This document shows, one piece after another, positions 47,634 to 56,994 of a stretch of 64,000 nt of DNA. Location: IMG/VR virus record IMGVR_UViG_3300024549_000205, positions 11,802 to 75,801 of that record. One strand, written 5' to 3'. Every line of letters begins with the position of its first letter. Position 1 is the stretch's first letter. The position numbers and the translations under genes are program-made. A model generated the notes under the pieces. That model ran no database searches, was not told where the DNA came from, and was given only the letters and a program-made list of their open reading frames with translations. This DNA is from a virus (Duplodnaviria > Caudoviricetes).

Positions 47634-48713
47634 TTAAGGAATATAAATAATATAACGACAACCAATTGATGGTTGAATATTTGAGTGACCTAAACCTCCT
47701 CCTGTCATAGCATTTGATACATTTACATTTACAGTTAAAGAAACTTCACTTGTATCTCCTGTACCTAATGTTCCTGTACCTGGAGAAAAAGCTGTTCCAT
47801 CTACATCCGATGAAGCTCTAACTATAGTATGTTTATGAGGATTTGGAGTAATGCTAGAGGTAACTGTAGGTTCGTGTGTATGTGAAGGAATTTGATTACT
47901 ATTTAATACAATTTGATTTGCTCCTGTAACAGTTCCTATAGAATAATTAGGATTACCTGCAATAGTAGGATCAACTGCTGCTGCCATTGTTCCTCCTAAC
48001 ATTGTACCATCTGTAACACCAACTAATGTTCTACCTCTCATATCAGGAGTACCATTGTTACCATTACATAAATAAATATTAATCCAATCTCCTGTACCAG
48101 CTCCAGATCCATTAAAATATGTTATTGGACCATAATAAGGAACAGCAGCATAAGGAACCATTCTGTTTTTTATTAATGTATTTTGACCAGATGAATCTAT
48201 GTAGTCTTGAATTAAAGCATCTAGGTCATCTATTTGCACATATGTGTTAGGTAAGTTAAGTAGAAGTCCATTAAAATCTGTTTTTAATGTACACAATGTA
48301 TTAATTGTAACTTGTAATATAGAATGTGTACCAGAAGATGATGTAACTCCTGCTAAACAATTTGTTGTGTAAGGAGCTTCTATAACATTAATAGCTTCAT
48401 CTAATAAATCTAATTCTTCCTGTAATTTACATGTAGCTTTAATTAAAGCAATAGAAAGATCTAATACATTAATGTCTCTACACGTTGGAAGATATTGTTT
48501 CACTACATCACAAATAATTGATGAGTTAATATCTAATATAATTCCTGTACCATCTAATGTAGATGTAAGAAACGTAATTAGTGCTTGTTCTACAAAAGAT
48601 AGAGAATCACCAGTTTGAATTCCTAAGACAGGAACATCAATTCCTGTATATCTAACACATCTGTCAGAGACAATCTCTGTACATCCGTTATAACAATTTG
48701 AGCAATTGGACAT
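47634..48713 (-). CDS. Tail fibre protein with a tail-collar-like domain
   Basis: YLCNGNNGTPDMRGRTLVG...G...L...QIPSHTH...HSNIQPS..YII. Confidence 0.75.
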   Translation of the reverse strand: MSNCSNCYNGCTEIVSDRCVRYTGIDVPVLGIQTGDSLSFVEQALITFLTSTLDGTGIILDINSSIICDVVKQYLPTCRDINVLDLSIALIKATCKLQEELDLLDEAINVIEAPYTTNCLAGVTSSSGTHSILQVTINTLCTLKTDFNGLLLNLPNTYVQIDDLDALIQDYIDSSGQNTLIKNRMVPYAAVPYYGPITYFNGSGAGTGDWINIYLCNGNNGTPDMRGRTLVGVTDGTMLGGTMAAAVDPTIAGNPNYSIGTVTGANQIVLNSNQIPSHTHEPTVTSSITPNPHKHTIVRASSDVDGTAFSPGTGTLGTGDTSEVSLTVNVNVSNAMTGGGLGHSNIQPSIGCRYIIYIP

Positions 48714-48735
48714 ATTATTTTATTTTTAAAAAGAT

Positions 48736-49578
48736 TTAACAAGAGAAAGTTTGGTTAACTTGTCCAGTACCACTAGTTCTAATTCCATTGTTTGCTGATA
48801 TATTTTTATACCATAAAGCTCCTCCAATAAATGGAATGGTTAATCCTGGATTAGTGTATACAAAACTTCCAAAAGATAATGTAGGACCACTTGTGTACAC
48901 TGTTATTGCTGCAACAGTTTCAGCACAAGCTAATGTATTGTCTGCTTTTCCTTCAGAAAGACCATGTGAAAAACTTACACTAGCTGTTGTGGTTGTTGTA
49001 GTAGTTGGTGGTATTGTAGTTGTACTAGTTGTACTAGAAGTGCTTGTACTTGTGCTAGTAGAGGTACTGGTACTCGTAGATGTGCTGGTACTACTTGAAC
49101 TAGTGGTAGTGGTGGTAGGTACTGCAGTAGTACTGGTACTTGTTGTTGTTGAGCTAGTACTGGTTGACGTGCTTGTACTACTAGAACTAGTAGTGGTAGT
49201 GGTTGGTACTAAAGTGGTACTAGTACTGGTTGTAGTACTGGTAGGATTTGGTACAATTGTAATGTCACAAGGTTCTTCTAAACAACGTTCTGGTTCATTA
49301 CATTTACTAACACATCCTGATGTAAGACGAATCACTCTACTAGCAATCATTTGTACAGAGTAGGTATGTACATAATTAGGATTGTAATATTTGTACATAA
49401 GAATTCTTCTATATCCAATTAATTGAAGTATGTCATTAGAAGGCACAGATTTATTCAACATATATGAAATATTGTTGTATAAGTTGTTGCCAAGTTCTGC
49501 CAACTTGCAATCTATTTTCTTAATTAAAGAAGGAATGTTTGCACATTCTGGACAATTAGTTAGTCTTGGTGATAACAT
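48736..49578 (-). CDS. Putative tail hub/fibre-attachment protein with a poly-Thr/Ser linker and YTNP domain
   Basis: Cys-containing helical N-terminus, a Thr/Ser run of about 85 residues, VYTNPGLTIPFIGG. Confidence 0.55.
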   Translation of the reverse strand: MLSPRLTNCPECANIPSLIKKIDCKLAELGNNLYNNISYMLNKSVPSNDILQLIGYRRILMYKYYNPNYVHTYSVQMIASRVIRLTSGCVSKCNEPERCLEEPCDITIVPNPTSTTTSTSTTLVPTTTTTSSSSTSTSTSTSSTTTSTSTTAVPTTTTTSSSSTSTSTSTSTSTSTSTSTSSTTSTTTIPPTTTTTTTASVSFSHGLSEGKADNTLACAETVAAITVYTSGPTLSFGSFVYTNPGLTIPFIGGALWYKNISANNGIRTSGTGQVNQTFSC

Positions 49579-49589
49579 AATCAGGTTTT

Positions 49590-49685
49590 TTATTTTTCAA
49601 CTTTAGATGCACAGTGTCCACATAACCCATTGGTTAATTGACATCCACATCCCACTCTAGCTCCGCATGAAGTACATTGTGCCAT
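49590..49685 (-). CDS. 31-aa Cys-rich microprotein (not in the ORF track)
   Basis: MAQCTSCGARVGCGCQLTNGLCGHCASKVEK*; fills the gap with 2-nt and 11-nt spacing to its neighbours. Confidence 0.75.
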   Translation of the reverse strand: MAQCTSCGARVGCGCQLTNGLCGHCASKVEK

Positions 49686-49687
49686 AA

Positions 49688-50251
49688 TTAATAAAAGTTT
49701 ATTAGGTAGTTGTTACCAGAACAACCACAGTTGGATTTTAAAAAGTTGTTTAACATATTATCTGCTTGAGCATATAATGTGTTTGATTCATATTCTGCAC
49801 AGTTATTAGCTGCTGCAATAGCTCCTTGAATAAAGAAGTTGATTGTATTTAATTGTACACTAGATTGTGTTTTAAGTGCTCTATCACATTCCATCATATT
49901 TAATTGAAGAAATGCGTTATCAAACTTTTCTTGAAGTTTATCAACACGTAAAATTGTCTTCTCTACATAATTTGCATATGCAGGAGCAACGGAATATTTA
50001 ATTCTATATATTCCATCAGGAAGAGCTTGATTGCAACCAGGATCTGTTATTCCTAAATTAGATGATGTAAATACATTGATTTCATTAGGAACAAAAGGTA
50101 ATATTTTGGTTCCAAATCCAGGAATGTCAATCTCAATAGATGGTGCAGAAACCACTGGAGGATTGGTAGGATATACAGAAGCATCTGCAACACCAAGTGT
50201 AAGTACACTATAAGTAGGAACTACTAATATATCTAATTGTAAGTTTGCCAT
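49688..50251 (-). CDS. Putative tail hub/structural protein
   Basis: 187 aa, LPDGIYRIKYSV motif; synteny after the auxiliary capsid gene. Confidence 0.55.
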   Translation of the reverse strand: MANLQLDILVVPTYSVLTLGVADASVYPTNPPVVSAPSIEIDIPGFGTKILPFVPNEINVFTSSNLGITDPGCNQALPDGIYRIKYSVAPAYANYVEKTILRVDKLQEKFDNAFLQLNMMECDRALKTQSSVQLNTINFFIQGAIAAANNCAEYESNTLYAQADNMLNNFLKSNCGCSGNNYLINFY

Positions 50252-50267
50252 GTTGTTTTTAAATAAA

Positions 50268-50307
50268 TATGCCAGAGGATGTGAGTTATCCTCTATCCCC
50301 TGGCATA
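50268..50307 (-). terminator. Strong stem-loop (terminator/attenuator) after the head genes
   Basis: Minus strand TATGCCAGGGGAT...ATCCTCTGGCATA then TTTATTT. Confidence 0.6.
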
Positions 50308-50339
50308 GGTTATTATTAATTTACTCTCTTCTTTTATTC

Positions 50340-51545
50340 TTAAGGAATAAGAGTAGAAGTAGTAGTTGTTGTAGATGCAGGAGCACTAGAAGTAGTTGTT
50401 GTAGTTGTGATACAAGCATTGTTATCAACAACAGCACCTAAAGCACCTTCTAAGATAGCTTGGAACTCATCTGTAAGATCATTACCACCTTGAGGTACAG
50501 CAAGAATCACTGTAGAATCTTCCATGATATAATCACCCCATTGGTACTCAGATCTGTTATACTCGTTAAATCTAATATAGAAAGTGTTATAAATAGCACC
50601 ATCAGATACCCAAGACTCAAAGTTCTCGTTGTAACCATTCATTCTATATAAATGTTTCAAGTAACCAGCTTGGTAACTGTAGAAGTTTTTCTCTAATTGA
50701 GCAATTTCTGCAGATGTACCAGTAGCATAAGAAGCACGTTGTCTAATAATAGGATCAGCAACTAAATTACAAGCATCTGCTACAATAAAGTCAGCAGTTG
50801 TAGCTGGACCAGAATAAACAAAAGTTCTGAAAGACATTCTATCATATTCAAAAGGGAACGCTGCGATATCACAAGGTTGACCATATTTAGTTAATGGTTT
50901 TCCTGTAATACGTAATGTAGTTCCACCTATATTTTCAAATGTATAGAATGTAGAGAAAGAAATGTTGTCAGGGTTGTTTCCTGGAGCTTTCAAGTTTAAT
51001 TGATAGATCAAGTCATTGATGATAGTGTTATCACTTACATCATCACATGGATTGTCATCACAATTACAACATGGAGCTTGGATAGTTACTGAACGAGTAA
51101 AACCATTGAAATACAATGTATCAATATAAGAAGAGTGAGCACGTAAAGTTAACGTGATAACTTCTCCACATTGTACAGTGAAATTAGTTACATCAGTAAT
51201 TTGGTTTGCCGCAGTTGGACATCCTGTTACCTTGTACCATTCTGTTACATTAGAATTTTTTGCTACAATTGTTTGTGCTACTTGAGGAGTTCCTGGAACA
51301 GGTACTACAGTTGTTGCAACACCAATCTTATCAGATCTTTTAGATCCTTGTAAATAAGTGTTTGTTCTACCTTGTGCAATGTAAAAGTACGGAAAGTTTT
51401 TAATAGTCGTACCAGTTACAGTAGCATACAAATTGTTAAAGATTCCCACAGTACCTTTATCAAGGTCTTGTGTTGAGCCAGAGCTAGGGACATCAGTTTG
51501 CCCTACTGGAACCACGAATAACGTGGTTAATGAAAAATCAGCCAT
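50340..51545 (-). CDS. Putative auxiliary capsid/structural protein (crAss gene 73-like) with a Thr-rich tail
   Basis: 401 aa, beta-rich; third conserved gene after the MCP. Confidence 0.55.
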   Translation of the reverse strand: MADFSLTTLFVVPVGQTDVPSSGSTQDLDKGTVGIFNNLYATVTGTTIKNFPYFYIAQGRTNTYLQGSKRSDKIGVATTVVPVPGTPQVAQTIVAKNSNVTEWYKVTGCPTAANQITDVTNFTVQCGEVITLTLRAHSSYIDTLYFNGFTRSVTIQAPCCNCDDNPCDDVSDNTIINDLIYQLNLKAPGNNPDNISFSTFYTFENIGGTTLRITGKPLTKYGQPCDIAAFPFEYDRMSFRTFVYSGPATTADFIVADACNLVADPIIRQRASYATGTSAEIAQLEKNFYSYQAGYLKHLYRMNGYNENFESWVSDGAIYNTFYIRFNEYNRSEYQWGDYIMEDSTVILAVPQGGNDLTDEFQAILEGALGAVVDNNACITTTTTTSSAPASTTTTTSTLIP

Positions 51546-51573
51546 TTTTATTTATTTTAAATGTTAATAAAGT

Positions 51574-52305
51574 TTATTCGTTTGTTTGTATTCTGAATTG
51601 AGCACTCTGAGCTGCAGAAGCATTTTCAGTATACATTGCTAGATTTTGTACTGTTAAGTCTAACAATTCATCTTCTAAATATAATTCAAGTTCACAATCT
51701 TGATCAAATGATGGACTACCATCTAACATTATGTATCCTGTCTTATTTATATATTGAGGATATCTCATGTACATTATGTAAACTTTTGTTGGTGTGAATG
51801 TACCATCTGTAAAATAACTTATCTCATCTGATGATAAAGAGTTGAATGTTTCTTGGTATTCAAAACTTGGTTTGTAATGATCGTTATTCATAATGAACTG
51901 AAGATCACCATGTTTTGCAAGATCTCGATTAATCCAAATCTTTCTATTCTTACATCTTCCTTTGTCTGCTAAAACATATGAATCTATATAGAACATATAT
52001 TGTGGCTCAAGATTGTGTACATACGTACACCATTGATTTATTTCAGGATTCTTTAATATAAGATCTAGAGGTTGGTGATTATAATTCATTATAAGACTTT
52101 GTAAGTCTTCATAACGTTTCTTAAACGAATCCATCCCTAATCCACTAGTAACACTAAGACCATCAACTTTTTGTTTTATCAACTTGATCTGAGCCTCATT
52201 CAAAGCTAAGATTTTGTCTTCTAATTGAATCTGTTGGTGCTCATTAGTTGATAGCTTATTTAGTTTCTGATCGATCTTATATAATAAACTATCTACTGGT
52301 ATCAT
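51574..52305 (-). CDS. Putative ring/head-tail adaptor protein (crAss gene 74-like)
   Basis: LNK......EDKILALNEAQ...KR.EDLQ.L...Y.RYP...CEL pattern; synteny. Confidence 0.65.
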   Translation of the reverse strand: MIPVDSLLYKIDQKLNKLSTNEHQQIQLEDKILALNEAQIKLIKQKVDGLSVTSGLGMDSFKKRYEDLQSLIMNYNHQPLDLILKNPEINQWCTYVHNLEPQYMFYIDSYVLADKGRCKNRKIWINRDLAKHGDLQFIMNNDHYKPSFEYQETFNSLSSDEISYFTDGTFTPTKVYIMYMRYPQYINKTGYIMLDGSPSFDQDCELELYLEDELLDLTVQNLAMYTENASAAQSAQFRIQTNE

Positions 52306-52333
52306 ATTCTTTTATATTTATAAAACTAGCCTC

Positions 52334-53302
52334 TTAAATAGAAGCTAGTTTTTTAGTTTTTAATTTGCCTTCTAATACTAATAACTCATCTTGGTTATCA
52401 TCATCAGCAAGGAATTTAATTAAATCTTCTTCATCTTTAGCTATTTCAAACTCTCCTTCATAAACCTTACCATTAGGTTTGATTCTGTAGATAGAATGTG
52501 CAACAGCTTGTTTTACTAAATCTTTAATATGGAGTAAACTCTCTTTCATGTCAGCAAATCTATTGAACACTTCAACTGGATTTAATCCTGAATATTTACC
52601 ATTCTTGAATTCAGTTTGTTTCAATACATTATCTACTAAGTTATACACCACTTCTTCTTTTGAATCTTCTGATACTGGAAGACCTAATAGTCTTGCAACT
52701 TTACGTTTCTTCTCAGGAGTCATAGAATCAAACTTAACAATTGCTTTGTTGATCAATTGTTTTTTCTTGAAGATCACTGCATTCTCAATCTCATCATCAA
52801 CAACATAAAACTGTGTTTCTGCTGGATATTCTCCTCTTTCCCATGCTTGGTGAGAAGATGCAATAGTTGGATGTACTCTCAACCATGAAAAGGCTATTTC
52901 TTGGAAAGCATTTGATAAATCAAAATAATTATCACCATCCATTAATTTAACTGCTTGTACGTGAGTTTGATCATCTGGAGATAATGACAATCCATAGTTC
53001 CAAAATTTAGAACGTGGCCCTAAGTCAATATCACCTATTTCACTCTCAAGTCTTGCTTTAAGAGCAGTTACTCTTTCAACTTCAAGTTCTCTTTCAGTAT
53101 CATCTTTAATACGTCTAATGTAAGCAGCATCTGGATCAAGTCCTGTTCTATACTTACCATCTAATTCCTTATAAGGATATTTGAATACACCTGTTCCAGG
53201 GATTCTTGTCATTCCTTTTTGTGCTAACCCACTATCCATTGTTTGTAACTGAGAACTATTATATTCTCTCTTAATAGTAGAAATTTTGCCTGTTTTACCC
53301 AT
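52334..53302 (-). CDS. Conserved crAss-like protein (gene 75-like)
   Basis: 322 aa; position after the MCP; FW...L.D...FDLS...HP.IA pattern. Confidence 0.6.
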   Translation of the reverse strand: MGKTGKISTIKREYNSSQLQTMDSGLAQKGMTRIPGTGVFKYPYKELDGKYRTGLDPDAAYIRRIKDDTERELEVERVTALKARLESEIGDIDLGPRSKFWNYGLSLSPDDQTHVQAVKLMDGDNYFDLSNAFQEIAFSWLRVHPTIASSHQAWERGEYPAETQFYVVDDEIENAVIFKKKQLINKAIVKFDSMTPEKKRKVARLLGLPVSEDSKEEVVYNLVDNVLKQTEFKNGKYSGLNPVEVFNRFADMKESLLHIKDLVKQAVAHSIYRIKPNGKVYEGEFEIAKDEEDLIKFLADDDNQDELLVLEGKLKTKKLASI

Positions 53303-53333
53303 CGTAATTTAATATTTAGTTATTATTGGTTTA

Positions 53334-53768
53334 TTATTTATGTTTTCTTCTAGTGTCAGTCATTATTTTATGACAATTAGCACATCGAACTTCACATTTA
53401 TTTATTTCTTGTTTTAATTTTTCAATAGACCAAGAATCTTTTACACCTACAGAAACACAATCTATTTTAGTTCCTCTAACATGATCAAATTCTAAAACTC
53501 TTATATCTGAATTTCCACAATCTACGCAAGGATGTGTTTTTAGATAATCTAACACCACTTCTCTATTTCTAGCTTTGCTTTTATTAACAGAACCAATTCT
53601 TATTTTTTTATACTCTATGTCTTTTCTTTTAGTACTAAAATGTTCTAAATTTTTATCATGTTTTAAATAATAATAGACTGAGCTTAAATTACAATTTAGA
53701 AGTTCAGCAATTTCTCTATATTTTTTGCCTTCACTTCTAAGTCTGAGTATAGTTTCTTTTTTACCCAT
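53334..53768 (-). CDS. HNH endonuclease with an N-terminal HTH (free-standing mobile endonuclease)
   Basis: YREIAELLNCNLSSVYY (HTH); CVDCG...LEFDH...KCEVRCANCH. Confidence 0.85.
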   Translation of the reverse strand: MGKKETILRLRSEGKKYREIAELLNCNLSSVYYYLKHDKNLEHFSTKRKDIEYKKIRIGSVNKSKARNREVVLDYLKTHPCVDCGNSDIRVLEFDHVRGTKIDCVSVGVKDSWSIEKLKQEINKCEVRCANCHKIMTDTRRKHK

Positions 53769-53802
53769 ATGTAGTTATTTAATAATATTTGGTTTATTTT
53801 AG

Positions 53803-53876
53803 TTGCGTGGGAAGGACTCGAACCTTCGACCTCTGGATTATGAGTCCAGCAAGCTAACCAACTGCTCTACCACACG
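53803..53876 (-). tRNA. tRNA-Met(CAT), initiator type; CCA not encoded
   Basis: CGTGTGG TA GAGC AGTTGGTTA GCTT G CTGGA CTCATAA TCCAG AGGTC GAAGG TTCGAGT CCTTC CCACGCA A; C1xA72 mismatch and A11:U24. Confidence 0.92.
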
Positions 53877-53882
53877 ATTTGT

Positions 53883-54087
53883 AGAGTGTTCCAATTGAAT
53901 GGAAATGCAACCAGGGACACCCCAATCCATCACTCTTGTTTATTTTTTTAAAGTGCTCAATTATAGCAGAATGTATAATAGGGCACTAGGTTTGAGAATT
54001 ATCCCCTCGTAGGAGGGAGAGGAGTTGAGGGGATTCTTCTCAGAAATAAGAGATGTACGCTGTTCTATAATGGGAAGCAATACATCT
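53883..54087 (-). ncRNA. Candidate structured RNA: four tandem stem-loops between the MCP gene and the tRNA
   Basis: Stems agagtg/cactct (three-way junction), agtgc/gcact, atcccctc/gaggggat and agatgta/tacatct. Confidence 0.4.
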
Positions 54088-54099
54088 TCAATTTTATTA

Positions 54100-55662
54100 T
54101 TAGAATTGTGGCATTTCCTCAATCAACACAGTTCTAGATAAGTCTTCAATAAATACATCACATCTGTCTTTCATCCAGATTTCGTATCCTGGGAATTTAT
54201 TAGCAGAACTCATACCTTGAGATTTAGCAAAACCTAAGTGGTGACGAGTACCATCAATATAACCCCATGTCATAGAAGGAGCACCTTTCATTCTCACTTC
54301 TCTAATGTTGTTTACCATTGAACCATCAGACATTGGAGAAACATCAAACACCATAAATACTGGAGTAGATTTTTTGTTTTGTCCAAACTCTAAGTTAGTT
54401 TGAGGTAAATCTAATTCTTTTAAGTGGATCAATTCAACTCTACCAGTCTCACGAGTTACCATTGCATCAAATGCAAAGTTGTAAGTGATATGTTGTCCTT
54501 CACCTTGCATATATCTGTTTCCAGAATCTGCCATGAAAGTTAATCCAGAGTTTAATGCATCATTTTTCAAAGCTTGTTGGAACACGTCAAAACCAGCCTC
54601 GTTAGTATACATTTTAACACTTCTATCTTTTACATCCACACGTCTGTAGAATAAATCTCCAAATACTGAACGAATTAAGTTAGCAGAGAACTCACCTCTG
54701 TTGTATTGTACTAAGTTACCATTGTTTCTCATTCTGTGGTAAACACCAGCAGATGTACGTTTCAATTCTTGTTTAGAACCGTTAGTTTTAACTGTACCAG
54801 GCTTAGCCCAAATCATACGTTTAACTTTCAATTCTAACATTGATTTACGCATCCAGAATTCGATGAACGGTTCCCATTTAACATCATTACGAGTTAAAGG
54901 TAATTGGTTACGTCTTTGTGGAGCATATACTAAAATGTCTAATGGTTTACCAGAAGCATCTCTCATCATTTTGTCATCAGCCCACTCAGTGATTTTGTGC
55001 TCATATCCATATGCAGAACCTAAAGATTCGAACATAGTGATTTGCTCACCTAATCTTGGTAATCCTAATAAGTCTTGATCAAACTCACCAATAGCAGCGT
55101 CAACTAATTCTAGCTCAACACCATATTGTAAAAAGATAGGATTTACATAATCAACAACTGGGTTGTCAGTTACTAATGTGAATGTGTATAAGTAACCCAT
55201 GTTCCAAGGCACAGGATCTTTGATTACGTAGAATCTAGGACCATATTGACGTGTACCTACAGAAATGATAGCATTTTTAGAGAATTCATTAGTATCTAAT
55301 ACTAAAGTGAATTCTTGACCATCAATACCTGTTTTACCAGCATCAATTAATTCTTGCGTAGTTGCAGGAATGTCAATAATTTTTGGGAATTTGTAAGGAA
55401 CTGCTACTTGCCATTTCCAAGCATCACTATTATTATCAATGTAATAAGGTGTGCTTTTGTTGATCATGTCTAAGAAGTCATTACTGTACAACGAGCTCTG
55501 AGTATATAAAGAGATAATCTTTTTATCATAATCTGCAGGCTCAGTCGAGTGAAAACTCTCTAAGTGATTTGAGTCTGTAAGTTTCCCTACTGCACGTTTG
55601 TCCATAGACGCAACACGAGCATAAGTAAAACCTGTTAACCCAGGGATAGTTTGAATTGCCAT
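54100..55662 (-). CDS. Major capsid protein (crAss type, HK97 fold)
   Basis: 520 aa; TerL-portal-scaffold-MCP order; crAss-like MCP features (WKWQV, MYTNEAG, C-terminal D...VFIED). Confidence 0.85.
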   Translation of the reverse strand: MAIQTIPGLTGFTYARVASMDKRAVGKLTDSNHLESFHSTEPADYDKKIISLYTQSSLYSNDFLDMINKSTPYYIDNNSDAWKWQVAVPYKFPKIIDIPATTQELIDAGKTGIDGQEFTLVLDTNEFSKNAIISVGTRQYGPRFYVIKDPVPWNMGYLYTFTLVTDNPVVDYVNPIFLQYGVELELVDAAIGEFDQDLLGLPRLGEQITMFESLGSAYGYEHKITEWADDKMMRDASGKPLDILVYAPQRRNQLPLTRNDVKWEPFIEFWMRKSMLELKVKRMIWAKPGTVKTNGSKQELKRTSAGVYHRMRNNGNLVQYNRGEFSANLIRSVFGDLFYRRVDVKDRSVKMYTNEAGFDVFQQALKNDALNSGLTFMADSGNRYMQGEGQHITYNFAFDAMVTRETGRVELIHLKELDLPQTNLEFGQNKKSTPVFMVFDVSPMSDGSMVNNIREVRMKGAPSMTWGYIDGTRHHLGFAKSQGMSSANKFPGYEIWMKDRCDVFIEDLSRTVLIEEMPQF

Positions 55663-55700
55663 TGTTTATTCGTTTTTTTGTTAATTATTAATTTGTTTTG

Positions 55701-56963
55701 TTATAAGAACCATGAATTAGGATTAGATTTCGAACCAGTAGCTCCAGTTGATTTAACTTTAGTTACTTGTCTTGCAACTTCTCCAAATAACTCGTTAGAC
55801 TTTTTAGTCACACCTGTTTTTTGTATAGTTGATAATGTAGGATCTTTTTCTAACATTTTCATGATGAGCCCTAACTTAACTTTCATTGCATGATTCTCTG
55901 GTCTTTTCATATCCAGAATAGCACGATCAAAGTCTGTAAGAGTTTCTCCTGTAGGAGTTTTCCACTTATCAACTAATAAGAAGTCTTGTAGTTCGCCTGC
56001 TAATTTTAGACTGATAGGAATACCATCAAACTCTTTTGATTTTATTTTATCATTAAGAATGTCTTGAACGTTCTTAATATATTGATTTCTAATTTGTGCT
56101 TTTTGTTGTAATTCTTGTTCAGCCTTAACTTCCATTTGTTGCAACTTAACTGCTTCTTTTTTAACTAACACCTTGTGATGTTTAGTAGCTACGCTTTCAA
56201 GATCACCATAATTTTTAAATCTTTCAATCTCTGTATCAATATCTTCATTATCAAATCCTTGATCTAATAATGCTTGTCTCACTACTCTTGCTTGATTATC
56301 TTCATCACTAAGATCCATTTCAGCAAAACTAACTACTTGATTGTAAGTTCCAAAATACTCTTTAGGATTAACTCCTTTTACAAATATGGCTTCAAATGCT
56401 TGTTGATAATCTTCTCCAAATTGTCCTATGAAATTATTAACTGTTTCAATTGCACCTTTCTTCTTTTCTTCATTGAATCGTTCTAAGAACTCTTCTGCAG
56501 TGGAGATTGGTTCTTGATCTTCATCTTCATCAGAAGTGAACACTCCTAATTTATAAAGATCGTTTGCAAGAGCAGTGAACTGTGTACCTTGTGGTTCATC
56601 CTCATCTCCATCAGCAGCAGCTTCTGTAGCTTTTGCAGGTTTTGCTGGAGCAGGTGTATCATCTTCATCATCATCTTCAGAATCACTCAAGAAATCAGAA
56701 ATCATTGATTGTCCTTCTTGTTTTTCTTCATCTGTTTTACCATCAACGCTTTTAGGAGGAACAATGTCCTTACCTTTTGGTACTGCTGGTGCATCTGGTG
56801 CAGCAGGAGCATCTGCGTTTTTAATAATAGGTTGAACATCATCTGGATTAGAAGATGCTGTCTCAGGTTCGAATAATCCTTGAAGCAATTCTTGGTTACC
56901 CATACCCATTTCCATAGTATCTTGAATACTAAAGTTACCCATAGTTTCTAAATTATCAGCCAT
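55701..56963 (-). CDS. Scaffold-like protein (crAss gene 77-like)
   Basis: Acidic, disordered N-terminus plus coiled coil; lies between portal and MCP. Confidence 0.7.
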   Translation of the reverse strand: MADNLETMGNFSIQDTMEMGMGNQELLQGLFEPETASSNPDDVQPIIKNADAPAAPDAPAVPKGKDIVPPKSVDGKTDEEKQEGQSMISDFLSDSEDDDEDDTPAPAKPAKATEAAADGDEDEPQGTQFTALANDLYKLGVFTSDEDEDQEPISTAEEFLERFNEEKKKGAIETVNNFIGQFGEDYQQAFEAIFVKGVNPKEYFGTYNQVVSFAEMDLSDEDNQARVVRQALLDQGFDNEDIDTEIERFKNYGDLESVATKHHKVLVKKEAVKLQQMEVKAEQELQQKAQIRNQYIKNVQDILNDKIKSKEFDGIPISLKLAGELQDFLLVDKWKTPTGETLTDFDRAILDMKRPENHAMKVKLGLIMKMLEKDPTLSTIQKTGVTKKSNELFGEVARQVTKVKSTGATGSKSNPNSWFL

Positions 56964-56994
56964 ATGTAGTTGTATTTATGTTTGGTTTATTATG

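Noticed and set aside
45405-49363. Plus-strand poly-Val ORFs (45405-45656, 46990-47334, 48788-49363; also 35830-36075)
   Set aside because: Antisense shadows of poly-Thr (ACN) codon tracts.
44769-49578. CRISPR array or diversity-generating retroelement in the repetitive fibre region
   Set aside because: The repeats are degenerate in-frame codon runs with no repeat-spacer periodicity. There is no reverse transcriptase or adenine-specific TR/VR pair in the window.
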